Made by a program: the position numbers and the translations under genes. Under the pieces are notes generated by a model. The model was given only the letters and a program-made list of their open reading frames with translations. It was not told the DNA's origin and searched no databases. 64,000 nt of DNA from Candidatus Omnitrophota bacterium (GTDB lineage: Bacteria; Omnitrophota; Gorgyraeia; Zapsychrales; Aceulaceae), in the NCBI GenBank assembly GCA_029564765.1, contig JAKQPK010000019.1, forward strand, positions 27,919 to 91,918. Direction: 5' to 3'. Each line of letters starts with the position of its first letter. Position 1 is the first letter of the stretch. Positions 48,908-58,683 of this stretch are shown piece by piece.

Positions 48908-51274
48908 TTAAAATGATCGGCTAATGCTGAAATAAAATTTACCTGACCGCTCGTCTTCTCCGGGCTCATCATTCAACGGATACCCATAATCTAGATTGAT
49001 CGGACCGATAGGCGTTTTGACGCGCAAGCCAAGACCGGTACCGGATTTGAATCCTCCATTGCCAAAATCTCCGATCTTTGGCCACACATTTCCTGAGTCA
49101 AAAAAGATCGCGACCTTAATAAAATCAATAACAGGAATGATATACTCAATATTATTAACAAGCATGCTGTCGCCACCGATCGGATCTTTAGATGCCGGAT
49201 CTAAGGGCCCAACCTTGCGCTCGTTATATCCGCGGATAGTGTAGGCGCCGCCAGCGAAGAATCTTTCGTAGATCGGAACATAGCTAGAGTCTCCATAGGA
49301 ATCAACCACGCCTGCTCTTAAGCGATACTCCAAAACAGACCCACCAGCCAGAGGAATGTCATAACTGCCCTTTATCTTCAGGCGGTAAAAATCTTTATCT
49401 CCGCCTAAGGCCCCTCCCGCGAGATCAAAGGTACCACCCAACAGAAGGCCCTTGGTGGGGTTAAAAACATCATCGCGTGAATCATGGGTCAAACCAAAAC
49501 CCAAACTGCTGATCTTATTTTTCCCTCCCTCGCGTGTCAATTCGCTGCTCACGCCATCAGCAAAATTATCGATCTTGATCTCTTCTAGGCGATATATTGT
49601 ATTCGCCGAAAGATACTCGCTCAATTCTTTACCGAACCTCAGATCAAACCCTGTGCGCGCTTCATCATAAGCATAGCCAACATCTGATTCACGGCTAATA
49701 CGGCTACGATAAAGATCAAAACCGCCTGAGATCGGCATATCAAAGATCCATGGTTCTGTAAAGCTTAGGATCGCATTATTACGGATAGAGCCGACCTCGC
49801 CCCGAACTGTCAAGCTCTGGCCACCGCCAGTAAAGGAAGGCCAGTTAGTAAAATCAAAATTTTTTTGCTGGACCTCAATAAACCCGACTAGCTGATCGAC
49901 GGTACTGTATCCACCGCCAAAGCTTAAGCTTCCGGTCTTAGATTCCTTGACCTGAACAACAAGGTCTTTCTGATTAGGATATTGCGTATCCTGGATATCA
50001 TAATTGATCTCTTCAAAATATCCTAGATTCTTCAAGCGTTCTTTCGTGCGGCGCAACTTCGTCCCATCAAAGGTATCGCCAGGGTTCAAGCGAACTTCGC
50101 GACGGATGACAATATCTCTCGTGCGGCTATTTCCTTCTACCTTAACCTTGTTGACATAGGCGATCTCGCCTTCTTTGATATCAATGCGGACATCAACCTT
50201 ACCTGTCTGAGAATTGATCGACGTTGATTCCCTTGCATCAGCAAAAATATATCCTTTATCAAAATAAGCGGAGCTAATATCCGCGATATCTTTTTCAAGC
50301 TTCTCCTGAGTGAAAACTCCGCCCTCTTTTAATTCTTTAAATATCTTAAAAATCTCTTCTTTGGTCAGGATCTTCAGGTCCCCCTCAACCATTAAATTCC
50401 CAACGTAATAACGTTTCCCCTCGCTGATCTGAACATTCACGAGCAACCGCGAACGAGGAGCATTCTCAAGATCATAACGTGCTGTTGCGTCCAGGAATCC
50501 TTCGCTAGCGTAAAACGCTTTTAAACGCAGCATATCTTCCTCAAGAATGTCTTCTTTAAGATATCCCGAGTTAAAAATGCCATCTGGACGGGTTTTAATG
50601 ACCTTCATTAATCGTTTATACTTAAATGTTGTATTGCCAGCAAAATTGATCTTCTTGATCTTAACGCGCTCCCCTTCCTTGACGATATAGTGAAGCGTAG
50701 CCCCGTTATTCGCAGCATCTATCTCTGTATCGATTTCAACGGTCGCGTTCGTTAAGCCTTTCTTTGAATACAACTCTTTGATGATCCTCTCATCTTCTTT
50801 CAAATTGCGGCGATCAAAAAAGCGCCCCTTCTTGCTTTTGATCTTCAGCTCCAGGCTGCGCGCGCTATAATAACGCGTCTTGGAGAAAGTGATCTTTTTA
50901 ATGACAGGCTTTTCAGCCAAGTTGATCTTCACCCTTAGCCCACCTGTCACATTCTCTGCTTCGACGGTAATATCGGAAAAATATCCTGTATTATAAAGAC
51001 GCTTGATATCATCGCTGATAATGTTGGAAGAATAGGCGTCCCCAACACGCGTCTTGATCCTAGATAGGATCGTTGTCATGCCGATCGTTTTATTGCCTTG
51101 AATGTCGACCGCCTTCACGATCTTGCCTGACTCAGAATGAAAGGCTTCAGGCCTGAAGGCAGGGTCTTGGATCTCAGGAGCTTGCCCTTGGACTTGCGAA
51201 CTCTCTTCTTGGGCGATGCCAAATGAAACAAGACTCATCACAAATAAAGCTGCTAATACTATTCTTTTCATCAT
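48908..51274 (-). CDS. bamA: Outer membrane protein assembly factor BamA
   Basis: Signal peptide, POTRA repeats, IRGY motif, TPIGPINLDYG, C-terminal Phe. Confidence 0.95.
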   Translation of the reverse strand: MMKRIVLAALFVMSLVSFGIAQEESSQVQGQAPEIQDPAFRPEAFHSESGKIVKAVDIQGNKTIGMTTILSRIKTRVGDAYSSNIISDDIKRLYNTGYFSDITVEAENVTGGLRVKINLAEKPVIKKITFSKTRYYSARSLELKIKSKKGRFFDRRNLKEDERIIKELYSKKGLTNATVEIDTEIDAANNGATLHYIVKEGERVKIKKINFAGNTTFKYKRLMKVIKTRPDGIFNSGYLKEDILEEDMLRLKAFYASEGFLDATARYDLENAPRSRLLVNVQISEGKRYYVGNLMVEGDLKILTKEEIFKIFKELKEGGVFTQEKLEKDIADISSAYFDKGYIFADARESTSINSQTGKVDVRIDIKEGEIAYVNKVKVEGNSRTRDIVIRREVRLNPGDTFDGTKLRRTKERLKNLGYFEEINYDIQDTQYPNQKDLVVQVKESKTGSLSFGGGYSTVDQLVGFIEVQQKNFDFTNWPSFTGGGQSLTVRGEVGSIRNNAILSFTEPWIFDMPISGGFDLYRSRISRESDVGYAYDEARTGFDLRFGKELSEYLSANTIYRLEEIKIDNFADGVSSELTREGGKNKISSLGFGLTHDSRDDVFNPTKGLLLGGTFDLAGGALGGDKDFYRLKIKGSYDIPLAGGSVLEYRLRAGVVDSYGDSSYVPIYERFFAGGAYTIRGYNERKVGPLDPASKDPIGGDSMLVNNIEYIIPVIDFIKVAIFFDSGNVWPKIGDFGNGGFKSGTGLGLRVKTPIGPINLDYGYPLNDEPGEDERSGKFYFSISRSF

Positions 51275-51290
51275 TCTCTCCCTTAGTTGA

Positions 51291-52673
51291 TTATCCTTGA
51301 GATTGGGCAAGGTTCTCGAACTTCATATATTCTTTAATAAACGTCGTCTTAATGGTTCCTGTCGGCCCATTACGTTGCTTGGCGATAATAAGCTCAGCGA
51401 TACCTTTATTTTCTTCTGTCTGAAAATAATACTCTTCACGCATCAACAGAACAACCAAGTCTGCATCTTGTTCTATAGCCCCAGATTCACGTAGGTCAGA
51501 CAGCTGCGGACGATGGTCCTGACGGCTCTCAACAGCTCGAGATAACTGGCTAATGCCGATTACAGGAACGCGTAACTCTCGGGCAAGCGCTTTTAATGAT
51601 CGTGAAATATCTGAGATCTCCTGCTGACGGCTTTCCACGCGCTGTGTGCCACGCATCAGCTGCAGGTAATCCACGATCAATAATTGAACATCGTGGGCTG
51701 CTTTTAAGCGACGCGCCTTTGTGCGCAACTCTAGAACAGAGATCGCTGGTGTATCATCGATGAAGATCGGGGCTGCGGAAAGTTTGCCAGCGGCCGCTGT
51801 TAATTTGGGCCAATCAGAAGGGAGTAGATACCCTGTGCGCACATTGTGCGCATCGACGCGCGCGTGAGAGCATAACATGCGCTGAACGAGTTGTTCCTTA
51901 GACATTTCAAGACTGAAAACAGCAACGCCGATACGGTTCTGGACGGCGGCATGTTCAGCAACATTCATGACCCAAGCGCTTTTTCCCATCGACGGGCGTC
52001 CTGCGACGATCACGAGATCAGATCGCTGCAAACCAGATGTCATTTTGTCAAACTCAAAAAATCCTGTTGGAACGCCGGTGACATATTCTTTCTTTTGGTA
52101 AAGATTGTCTATCGTTTGGATCGTTTCCTTGATCAGCTCCTTGATGTGGACAGCTTTTTGACGTTCACGCGCTGTCGCGATCTGAAAGATCAACTGCTCC
52201 GCACCATCAACAAGCTCATCGATGTCAACGCCTGGCTGATAACTTTCGCTAAGGATCTGTGTTGCATTGCGGATTAGCTGACGTTGAATACTTTTTTCTT
52301 TCACGATCCCCGCGTAATATTCAACATTCGCGGCGGATGGGACGAGATCGATCAAAAGGGTTAGATAGCTAACGCCCCCGATGCTTTCCAAAAGCCCTTG
52401 CGACTTTAGCTCATCGGAAAGCGTGATGAGATCAACATTCTTCTGATCATTATACAGCTTTAAGATCGTCGCAAAGATCTTCTGATGGGCTGGAAAATAG
52501 AAAAAAGTTTCGTCCAAGATCTCAACAGCCATCCCGATCGCATCTTGATCAATGATCATGGATCCAAGGACAGATTTTTCAGCTTCCAGGTTCTGCGGAG
52601 CTACCTTGCCTTCATAGTTCGATAGCGCAGGATCCTTAGGCTTAAGCGCAACTTTTATTTCTTGGTCACCCAT
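51291..52673 (-). CDS. dnaB: Replicative DNA helicase
   Basis: PQNLEAE, AGRPSMGKS, FSLEM, DYLQL, SDLRESGAIEQDAD, KQRNGPTG. Confidence 0.97.
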   Translation of the reverse strand: MGDQEIKVALKPKDPALSNYEGKVAPQNLEAEKSVLGSMIIDQDAIGMAVEILDETFFYFPAHQKIFATILKLYNDQKNVDLITLSDELKSQGLLESIGGVSYLTLLIDLVPSAANVEYYAGIVKEKSIQRQLIRNATQILSESYQPGVDIDELVDGAEQLIFQIATARERQKAVHIKELIKETIQTIDNLYQKKEYVTGVPTGFFEFDKMTSGLQRSDLVIVAGRPSMGKSAWVMNVAEHAAVQNRIGVAVFSLEMSKEQLVQRMLCSHARVDAHNVRTGYLLPSDWPKLTAAAGKLSAAPIFIDDTPAISVLELRTKARRLKAAHDVQLLIVDYLQLMRGTQRVESRQQEISDISRSLKALARELRVPVIGISQLSRAVESRQDHRPQLSDLRESGAIEQDADLVVLLMREEYYFQTEENKGIAELIIAKQRNGPTGTIKTTFIKEYMKFENLAQSQG

Positions 52674-53098
52674 ACTTTGATCTTCGCGATAACGTCCGAA
52701 TGCAGTTTAATACCAACCTCGAAAATACCAAGCTCTTCCAGCGGTTTCTCAACAACGATCATCTTTTTATCGATATCAAATCCTTCATCTTTAAGCGCCT
52801 TGACGATCTCCGCGTCGCTTACAGCGCCATAAAGCTTTTCTAGATCGTTGACCTCGACACTGATCGTACAAGAAACATTTGATAATTTCTTAGCAAACTC
52901 TTGTGCTTGCGCCTTCAGATTCTCTTGCTCGGCTTTTTGCTTCGCCTGGACCTTTTCAATGCGCTTTAAATTCTCAGGAGTTGCCGCATAAGCTTTCTTT
53001 TGAGGGATCAGGAAATTACGCGCAAATCCTTCCTTGACCGTGATCACATCGCCAACCTTGCCAACATTAGGGACATCTTGAGAGAGAATAACTTTCAT
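52655..53098 (-). CDS. rplI: 50S ribosomal protein L9
   Basis: MKVIL, VKEGFARNFLIP, KLYGAV. Confidence 0.96.
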   Translation of the reverse strand: MKVILSQDVPNVGKVGDVITVKEGFARNFLIPQKKAYAATPENLKRIEKVQAKQKAEQENLKAQAQEFAKKLSNVSCTISVEVNDLEKLYGAVSDAEIVKALKDEGFDIDKKMIVVEKPLEELGIFEVGIKLHSDVIAKIKVWVTKK

Positions 53099-53101
53099 GG
53101 A

Positions 53102-53371
53102 TCAAAACCTCTTTCCTGAGTTGCCTACAGAAAGCAATGATAAATACTTTGCCCTCTTGACTGCCTGGGTTAATTCGCGCTGTTGCCGTGAAGTTGCTCC
53201 TGTGAAGCGCTGAGAGAGAATGCGCCCGCTGGGTGTTGTTAACTTATGTAATAGCTCTAGATTCTTATAATCGATCCTTATGTCCGCGGAAGTCAATACC
53301 TTAGCACGCGGCCTTCTAATTCTTTCTTTCTTATCCCTGCCCTTGCGATCTTTCTTTTCTGATTTTCTCAT
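53102..53371 (-). CDS. rpsR: 30S ribosomal protein S18 (Cys-free)
   Basis: IDYKN, GRI..R.TG, QR.L..AVKRA; start at the ATG at 53371. Confidence 0.92.
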   Translation of the reverse strand: MRKSEKKDRKGRDKKERIRRPRAKVLTSADIRIDYKNLELLHKLTTPSGRILSQRFTGATSRQQRELTQAVKRAKYLSLLSVGNSGKRF

Positions 53372-53387
53372 GACATTATCCTTTATG

Positions 53388-53819
53388 TTAAGCAACGTTT
53401 TCTTCTTCATCCCAAGAAATATTCTCAGGCTTTACTTGATCATCGACGGCAACTCCATCAACCTCTGCCAATTTTGCGCCCGAATCTTTTGCTGAACCTA
53501 AAAATTGAACACGCTCGGCGCGCACTTCGATCGTGCTGCGCTTTTGGCCATTAGCTTCCCAAGACCTTGATTGAAGGGTTCCTTCAACAAAAATAGGGCT
53601 TCCTTTCTTAAGGTATTGGTTGCAGGCCTCCGCTTGTTTATCCCAAGCTGTAACCGTTAAAAAACACGTTTCTTCTTTAAGCTCCCCAGAAGCGCGGTCA
53701 CGAAAACGACGATTCACAGCAATGCGTAAATTCACGACCCCAATACCGTTGGGAGTGTAACGCAGCTCTGGGTCCTTTGTAAGATTTCCTATTAAAAAAA
53801 CTTTATTCAAGCTCGCCAT
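53388..53819 (-). CDS. ssb: Single-stranded DNA-binding protein
   Basis: [29 protein letters not shown]; rpsF-ssb-rpsR synteny. Confidence 0.96.
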   Translation of the reverse strand: MASLNKVFLIGNLTKDPELRYTPNGIGVVNLRIAVNRRFRDRASGELKEETCFLTVTAWDKQAEACNQYLKKGSPIFVEGTLQSRSWEANGQKRSTIEVRAERVQFLGSAKDSGAKLAEVDGVAVDDQVKPENISWDEEENVA

Positions 53820-53837
53820 AAATCCTCTCCTTCGCCG

Positions 53838-54125
53838 TTATTCAGTAACCGTGATCAAAGAACGTAAGACATCCTCGTTCAAAGCTAATGCTTGTCTGAT
53901 CTTCGCGATCGCGTCTGCTGCCGCTTCCATATTCAACAGATAATAAGTCCCTTCCGTGCGCCGCTTGATCTTGAATATAAACTTTTGTTTCACTAGCCAG
54001 ACTTGGTTGTTGATCACTTTTCCACCAGCTTTCGCGATAGCGTCTGTGACCTTCTTGATGATGGCGTCTTTTTCATCCTTGCTCAGCTGCCCATCAACAA
54101 TGATCGCAATTTCATACTTTTTCAT
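53838..54125 (-). CDS. rpsF: 30S ribosomal protein S6
   Basis: MKKYE, GG.V, IK..EG.Y, VLR; synteny. Confidence 0.9.
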   Translation of the reverse strand: MKKYEIAIIVDGQLSKDEKDAIIKKVTDAIAKAGGKVINNQVWLVKQKFIFKIKRRTEGTYYLLNMEAAADAIAKIRQALALNEDVLRSLITVTE

Positions 54126-54721
54126 TGTATTGTTTCCTCTTTCTTGGTCTTTTTGTTAAACTCGGCCATGGTGTGGCTTATTCCCGATACTAAAAATGAT
54201 CGACAGCCGTTGGCTGCGCGATCAATAATTTTAATGAGTTGTTTTTTTTCCGATGCTTTAAATTCTGATAATACAAAATCTGTAACCTGATCTTTGCTTT
54301 TTGGGCTGCCTATGCCGAGTCGCAACCGTGAAATCTCTGAAGTCCCAAGCTGCTCGACAACAGAGGATAGTCCGTTATGTCCTCCGGCACTACCTTTGGC
54401 GCGAAAGCGTAATTCCCCAAAAGCAAGCTGAAAGTCATCGCACACGATCAATATATTTTCATGCGCGATCTTCTTTTCAGTAACAAAAGCTTTGACGGCT
54501 ACCCCTGAAACATTCATATAGGTCGTTGGCAAAAGAAGATAGACTTTTTTTTCATCGACCACGCCTTGTGCTAAGAGGCCATGATATTTACTGCTGCGCA
54601 CAAAATCCATATGAAAAAGATCAGCAAAATGTCGCGCGATCAAAAAACCCGCATTGTGCCTTGTCCATGTATATTCTTTGCCGGGATTGCCCAGCCCTAC
54701 TAGAAGATAATCGCGCAACAA
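54122..54721 (-). CDS. pth: Peptidyl-tRNA hydrolase
   Basis: VGLGNPG..Y..TRHNAGF, TYMN.SG, GGHNGL, RLRLGIG. Confidence 0.96.
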   Translation of the reverse strand: MLRDYLLVGLGNPGKEYTWTRHNAGFLIARHFADLFHMDFVRSSKYHGLLAQGVVDEKKVYLLLPTTYMNVSGVAVKAFVTEKKIAHENILIVCDDFQLAFGELRFRAKGSAGGHNGLSSVVEQLGTSEISRLRLGIGSPKSKDQVTDFVLSEFKASEKKQLIKIIDRAANGCRSFLVSGISHTMAEFNKKTKKEETIQ

Positions 54722-54738
54722 TGAACAAACCTTTGATA

Positions 54739-55437
54739 TTATCCTTTAGTTTCTTTGGCTTTCGCAGCTGCTTGACCTTCAGCAGCAGGCTCTTCCTTCT
54801 TCTTCTCTTTAGTGACCTCAGGCTCTTTTGCCGTTTGCTCTTCCGCTGCCGTCGCTTCTACTTCTTTCATCGGCGGCACAACGGTCACGACAACAGCGTC
54901 AGGGTCATGGTGCGCAACGACACCTTCTGGCAACTTCAGATCCCTGACAAAGACCGCTTGATTGATCTCCAAATGTGAAACGTCAACATCAATATGTTGC
55001 GGAATCTGTGTCGGCAAGCAAACGATCTTTAATTCCCACAGTTGATGATCAACAGACCCACCATCCTTCTTGACGCCGACAGGCTCACCCTGAACAGCAA
55101 TAGGAACCTTGACCTCGATCTTTTCCGTTAAAGAAATACGCGCAAAGTCAATATGCGCGATCGCGCTGCTCACGGGGTTATGCTGCGTCTCTTTGATGAC
55201 CGCAGGAAAATCTTGGAGCTTCTTTTCTTGATCAAGCACAGTGATGTGGAAAATAATGCTTTCCCCGCGATGCCCACGGGTCACGCGCTCAAAACTTCTT
55301 CGATCAACAGACACTGTTACCGGCTTCTGCTTTCCGCCATAAACAATGGCCGGGATCCCATCGGATCTGCGTACTTTTTTTGAGCCTGATTTCCCTAGCT
55401 CGGCTCGAAGCTGAACATCCAATTTAATTTCTTCCAT
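54739..55437 (-). CDS. rplY: 50S ribosomal protein L25/Ctc (long form)
   Basis: IPAIVYG, HIDF, GVKKDGG, IP..IDVDVS.L. Confidence 0.95.
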   Translation of the reverse strand: MEEIKLDVQLRAELGKSGSKKVRRSDGIPAIVYGGKQKPVTVSVDRRSFERVTRGHRGESIIFHITVLDQEKKLQDFPAVIKETQHNPVSSAIAHIDFARISLTEKIEVKVPIAVQGEPVGVKKDGGSVDHQLWELKIVCLPTQIPQHIDVDVSHLEINQAVFVRDLKLPEGVVAHHDPDAVVVTVVPPMKEVEATAAEEQTAKEPEVTKEKKKEEPAAEGQAAAKAKETKG

Positions 55438-55488
55438 TTTACCTTATAACCTGCTTTCTTGTTATGATTGTTTCATCTTTTTAATATC

Positions 55489-56427
55489 TTAAAAAAACAA
55501 ACAGCTAATCGACTTCTCATCATGAATACGCTTGATCGCTTCCGCCAGCAAAGGAGCGATGCTTAAAGTTTGAACTTTGGGATTTTTTTCAGGATCTGGC
55601 AAGGGAATACTGTTCGTGATAACAACTTCTTTGAGGGATTTGGAATTTTGGATCTTGACAAGCGCGTCCCCTGAAAGCACGCCATGGCTGACCGCCGCGT
55701 AAACATCACGGGCTCCACGACGTTTTAGCTCTTCGATCGCTTCCATCAAGGAACTGCCGGTCGCAATAATATCGTCCACAAGAACGACATTTTTATCTTT
55801 GACTTCACCTAAAATATGCATGACCTCTGTTTTTTCTGGGCTATCGCGTCTTTTATCAACGATCGCGAGGCCTGCGGAAAGTTTTCTGGCGTAAGCTCTC
55901 GCCATGCGGATACCGCCCACGTCTGGAGAAACGATCACTAAATCTTTAAATTGTTTATCAAGAAAATATTCGCAGATCGTGTTGATCGCGTACAAATGGT
56001 CAACAGGAATATCGAAAAAACCCTGGATCTGGCTCGCGTGCAAGTCCATAGTCAAAACACGGCTCGCCCCAGCAGAAGTAATAAGATTCGCAACAAGCTT
56101 TGCCGTGATCGGAACACGTGGCTGATCTTTGCGATCTTGACGGGCATATCCATAATATGGGATAACGGCTGTTACACGCCTTGCGGATGCCCGCTTCACA
56201 GCATCGATCAAGATCAGAAGTTCCATGAAATTATCATTAACTGGACGACATGTTGACTGAACAATAAAAACATCCTTACCGCGGACATTGCCCTCAACCT
56301 TAACACGGATCTCTCCCTCGCTAAAACGGCTTACAAGAGCTTCGGTCAGATTAATACCTAGCTGATCACAAATTTCTGTAGCTAACTTTGGATTTGCATT
56401 ACCGGTAATGATAGATATTTCGCTCAT
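55489..56427 (-). CDS. prs: Ribose-phosphate pyrophosphokinase
   Basis: FSEGE, YYGYARQDRK, DLH..QIQGFF, VSPD.GG, DDIIATG. Confidence 0.97.
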   Translation of the reverse strand: MSEISIITGNANPKLATEICDQLGINLTEALVSRFSEGEIRVKVEGNVRGKDVFIVQSTCRPVNDNFMELLILIDAVKRASARRVTAVIPYYGYARQDRKDQPRVPITAKLVANLITSAGASRVLTMDLHASQIQGFFDIPVDHLYAINTICEYFLDKQFKDLVIVSPDVGGIRMARAYARKLSAGLAIVDKRRDSPEKTEVMHILGEVKDKNVVLVDDIIATGSSLMEAIEELKRRGARDVYAAVSHGVLSGDALVKIQNSKSLKEVVITNSIPLPDPEKNPKVQTLSIAPLLAEAIKRIHDEKSISCLFF

Positions 56428-57683
56428 AATGCTTTCTTTCTTTTGATAATTTTTCCAGGAACGCCGACAACGACCTGACCCTTAAGGATCCTTTGGCCCT
56501 TGGTAACAACGCACCCAGCCCCTGTCAAAGCGCTAGCCCCGATGCTGACTGGGGCCACCAAGATCGAGTCCGACCCAATAAATGCTCCATTGGCAATTGT
56601 GGTCTTATTTTTGTTTTTGCCATCATAGTTGGCTGTCACGACACCAGCGCCAATATTCACATTTTTTCCAATAGTCGCATCCCCAATAAAGCTAAAATGC
56701 TTCATCAAACTTTTTTCTCCAAGAGTTGACCGAGAGATCTCAGCAAAATTGCCGACCTGTGCATCATCTTTGATGCGCGTTCTTGGGCGCACATGGCAAA
56801 ACGGCCCTATGAAACATCGCTTTCCAATGACAACATCTTTCTCAATGACCGTGCACGGACGGATCACGCTATCGCGTCCGATCTTCGCTCCTGCGTCAAT
56901 ATACGTCGTAGACGGATCAACAATGCTGACCCCATCCGCCATAAATTTCTCCAGAATACGTTGGCGCATGATCGCATCAGCCGCAGATAGATCTTTTCGC
57001 GTGTTAATTCCCAACCCCTCGCGTGCATCGGACAATCTACTGGCAGCAACTATTTTCCCATCTCTTTTCAAAATAGCGATAATGTCCGTAAGATAATACT
57101 CTTTTTTCTTTTTATTCAACGCTATTCGGCTCAGTCCCAACGACAAGTCTTTAGCGCGAAAACAATAAACACCTGTATTGATCTCCTGGATATCCTTTTC
57201 TTGAGGGCTTGCGTCTTTTTCCTCGCGGATCGCGACCACCTGCCCCTTATCATCGCGAACGATACGGCCATACTGCGCCGCGTCAGGAACAATAGCTGTC
57301 AAAATAGTGCAGGCAGCCCTCTGTTTACGATGCATCGTCAATAGACGCTTGACGCTTTCTTTCTTTAAAAGCGGTGTGTCCGCGCATACGATGACCACAT
57401 CGCCTGAATACTTCTTGAGCTCAGGGACAACGGCACGGATCGCGTCAGCAGTACCCAAAAGTTTCTTTTGATGAACAATCTTAACGCGATGGTCAAGATG
57501 ACAGCAAAGCTTCTGTGCTTGATGCCCAACGACAACATAGATCAAAGAACTGATCTCTCTGGCCATGCCTAAAACATGATCTACCATTGGCTGGCCGCAG
57601 ACAGGATGCAAAACCTTTGGCAAGTCGGATCGCATCCGCGTGCCTTTTCCCGCTGCTAAAACGATCGTTCGCACTTGCTCCAT
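56424..57683 (-). CDS. glmU: Bifunctional GlmU (short C-terminus)
   Basis: LAAGKGTRM.S.LPKVLH, GTADA, EINTG, EYYLTD, hexapeptide repeats, NIGAG..TANYDG. Confidence 0.9.
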   Translation of the reverse strand: MEQVRTIVLAAGKGTRMRSDLPKVLHPVCGQPMVDHVLGMAREISSLIYVVVGHQAQKLCCHLDHRVKIVHQKKLLGTADAIRAVVPELKKYSGDVVIVCADTPLLKKESVKRLLTMHRKQRAACTILTAIVPDAAQYGRIVRDDKGQVVAIREEKDASPQEKDIQEINTGVYCFRAKDLSLGLSRIALNKKKKEYYLTDIIAILKRDGKIVAASRLSDAREGLGINTRKDLSAADAIMRQRILEKFMADGVSIVDPSTTYIDAGAKIGRDSVIRPCTVIEKDVVIGKRCFIGPFCHVRPRTRIKDDAQVGNFAEISRSTLGEKSLMKHFSFIGDATIGKNVNIGAGVVTANYDGKNKNKTTIANGAFIGSDSILVAPVSIGASALTGAGCVVTKGQRILKGQVVVGVPGKIIKRKKAL

Positions 57684-57694
57684 AACTTACTTTC

Positions 57695-58081
57695 TTATGC
57701 TGCCTTTAAAACAAGTCTTGCTGTATAAAATCCAAAAAAAACTGCCATCAGTCCTAAAAAATTTGTCGCTACGATATTCACTGCTGCGGCCCTCAATTCG
57801 CCATCGCGCAAAAGACCAAGGTTCTCCAAAGCAAAACTTGAGAATGTCGTATAGCCACCTAACAGGCCAATAAAAATGAACAGTCGAGCACCTGTGGCGA
57901 TATTGATCTTCTCGCAAAGTCCCCACAAAAAACCAATGGCCAAAGATCCCGTTATGTTCACCATCAAAGTGCCAATGGGAAAGATCCCTTGAGAAAAACG
58001 GTGATCTATATTGGAAACCATATAACGTAATATGGTTCCTATCCCCCCGCCAAATCCGATCCAAAGAATTTTCGCCATCAT
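57695..58081 (-). CDS. crcB: Fluoride channel Fluc/CrcB
   Basis: GGGIG..LRY, FPIGTL.VN..GS, GLLGGYTTFSSF; start after SD GAGGAGGG. Confidence 0.95.
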   Translation of the reverse strand: MMAKILWIGFGGGIGTILRYMVSNIDHRFSQGIFPIGTLMVNITGSLAIGFLWGLCEKINIATGARLFIFIGLLGGYTTFSSFALENLGLLRDGELRAAAVNIVATNFLGLMAVFFGFYTARLVLKAA

Positions 58082-58094
58082 AATTAACCCTCCT

Positions 58095-58152
58095 CTTGCT
58101 GTAGGAGTCATCAGCCCTTCAAGGACGGTTAACGGCGAACTCCATCACCAGA
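58095..58152 (-). ncRNA. Fluoride (crcB) riboswitch
   Basis: GGTGATGGAGTTCGCC-GTTAACC-GTCCTTGAAGGGC-TGATGACTCCTAC fits the crcB aptamer consensus (P1 GGTGA/TCGCC, pseudoknot GGAGT/ACTCC); directly upstream of crcB. Confidence 0.92.
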
Positions 58153-58157
58153 TCAAG

Positions 58158-58228
58158 CTGCCCAGCCAGGACTCGAACCTGGAAAAGCAGATCCAAATTC
58201 TGCTGTGTTACCATTACACCACCGGGCA
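58158..58228 (-). tRNA. tRNA-Gln(TTG), CCA not encoded
   Basis: TGCCCGG/CTGGGCA acceptor stem, GTG/CAC D-arm, GCAGA-ATTTGGA-TCTGC anticodon arm, CCAGG-TTCGAGT-CCTGG T-arm. Confidence 0.95.
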
Positions 58229-58234
58229 ATATTC

Positions 58235-58657
58235 TTATAAAACGTCATCATCAGCCAAGTCGCCAGGCTCATGAGGCGATGATTCGCCTTTGGCTACTTG
58301 TTGCTCGTACGCTTCTAAAACTTTATTTTGCAGATATTCCCTGAATTCTTTTGTGACAGGATGCGCGATATCACGGTGGTCCGCCTTAGCATCTCGAGGC
58401 TGCTTGAGGGCGTCCTGAGCTGGAAGCTTTGCCCCGCAATGACTACAAAATTTCGATCCTGCGTCGTTCTTGAAATTACATTTCGGACAACTAAACTTCA
58501 TTTTCCTCGACGGCATCGCCATGAAAGAACCGTTGGCGGAATTGATCACCTTAATGTTACGCACAACAAAGCAATGATCGAACGTGACCGTCGCATAGGC
58601 TTTAAGCTTCTTATCCTGACCGTCTTTTAGAAATACTCGGATCTCTGTGATTTCCAT
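58235..58657 (-). CDS. spoVG: SpoVG family nucleic-acid-binding protein with Zn-ribbon insertion
   Basis: MEITEIR, KLKAYA.VTFD..FVV, AMPSRK, DIAHP; CPKC..CSHC insert. Confidence 0.92.
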   Translation of the reverse strand: MEITEIRVFLKDGQDKKLKAYATVTFDHCFVVRNIKVINSANGSFMAMPSRKMKFSCPKCNFKNDAGSKFCSHCGAKLPAQDALKQPRDAKADHRDIAHPVTKEFREYLQNKVLEAYEQQVAKGESSPHEPGDLADDDVL

Positions 58658-58683
58658 AAGCTGCGCTCCTTGTTGATTGTCCC

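Noticed and set aside
51291-52673. Intein in dnaB
   Set aside because: Normal length and contiguous motifs
57687-58064. 125-aa overlapping minus-strand ORF
   Set aside because: Alternative frame of crcB, no SD or motifs
58158-58228. tRNA-Gln as a prophage or ICE attachment site
   Set aside because: No integrase and no duplicated tRNA 3' end seen in the window
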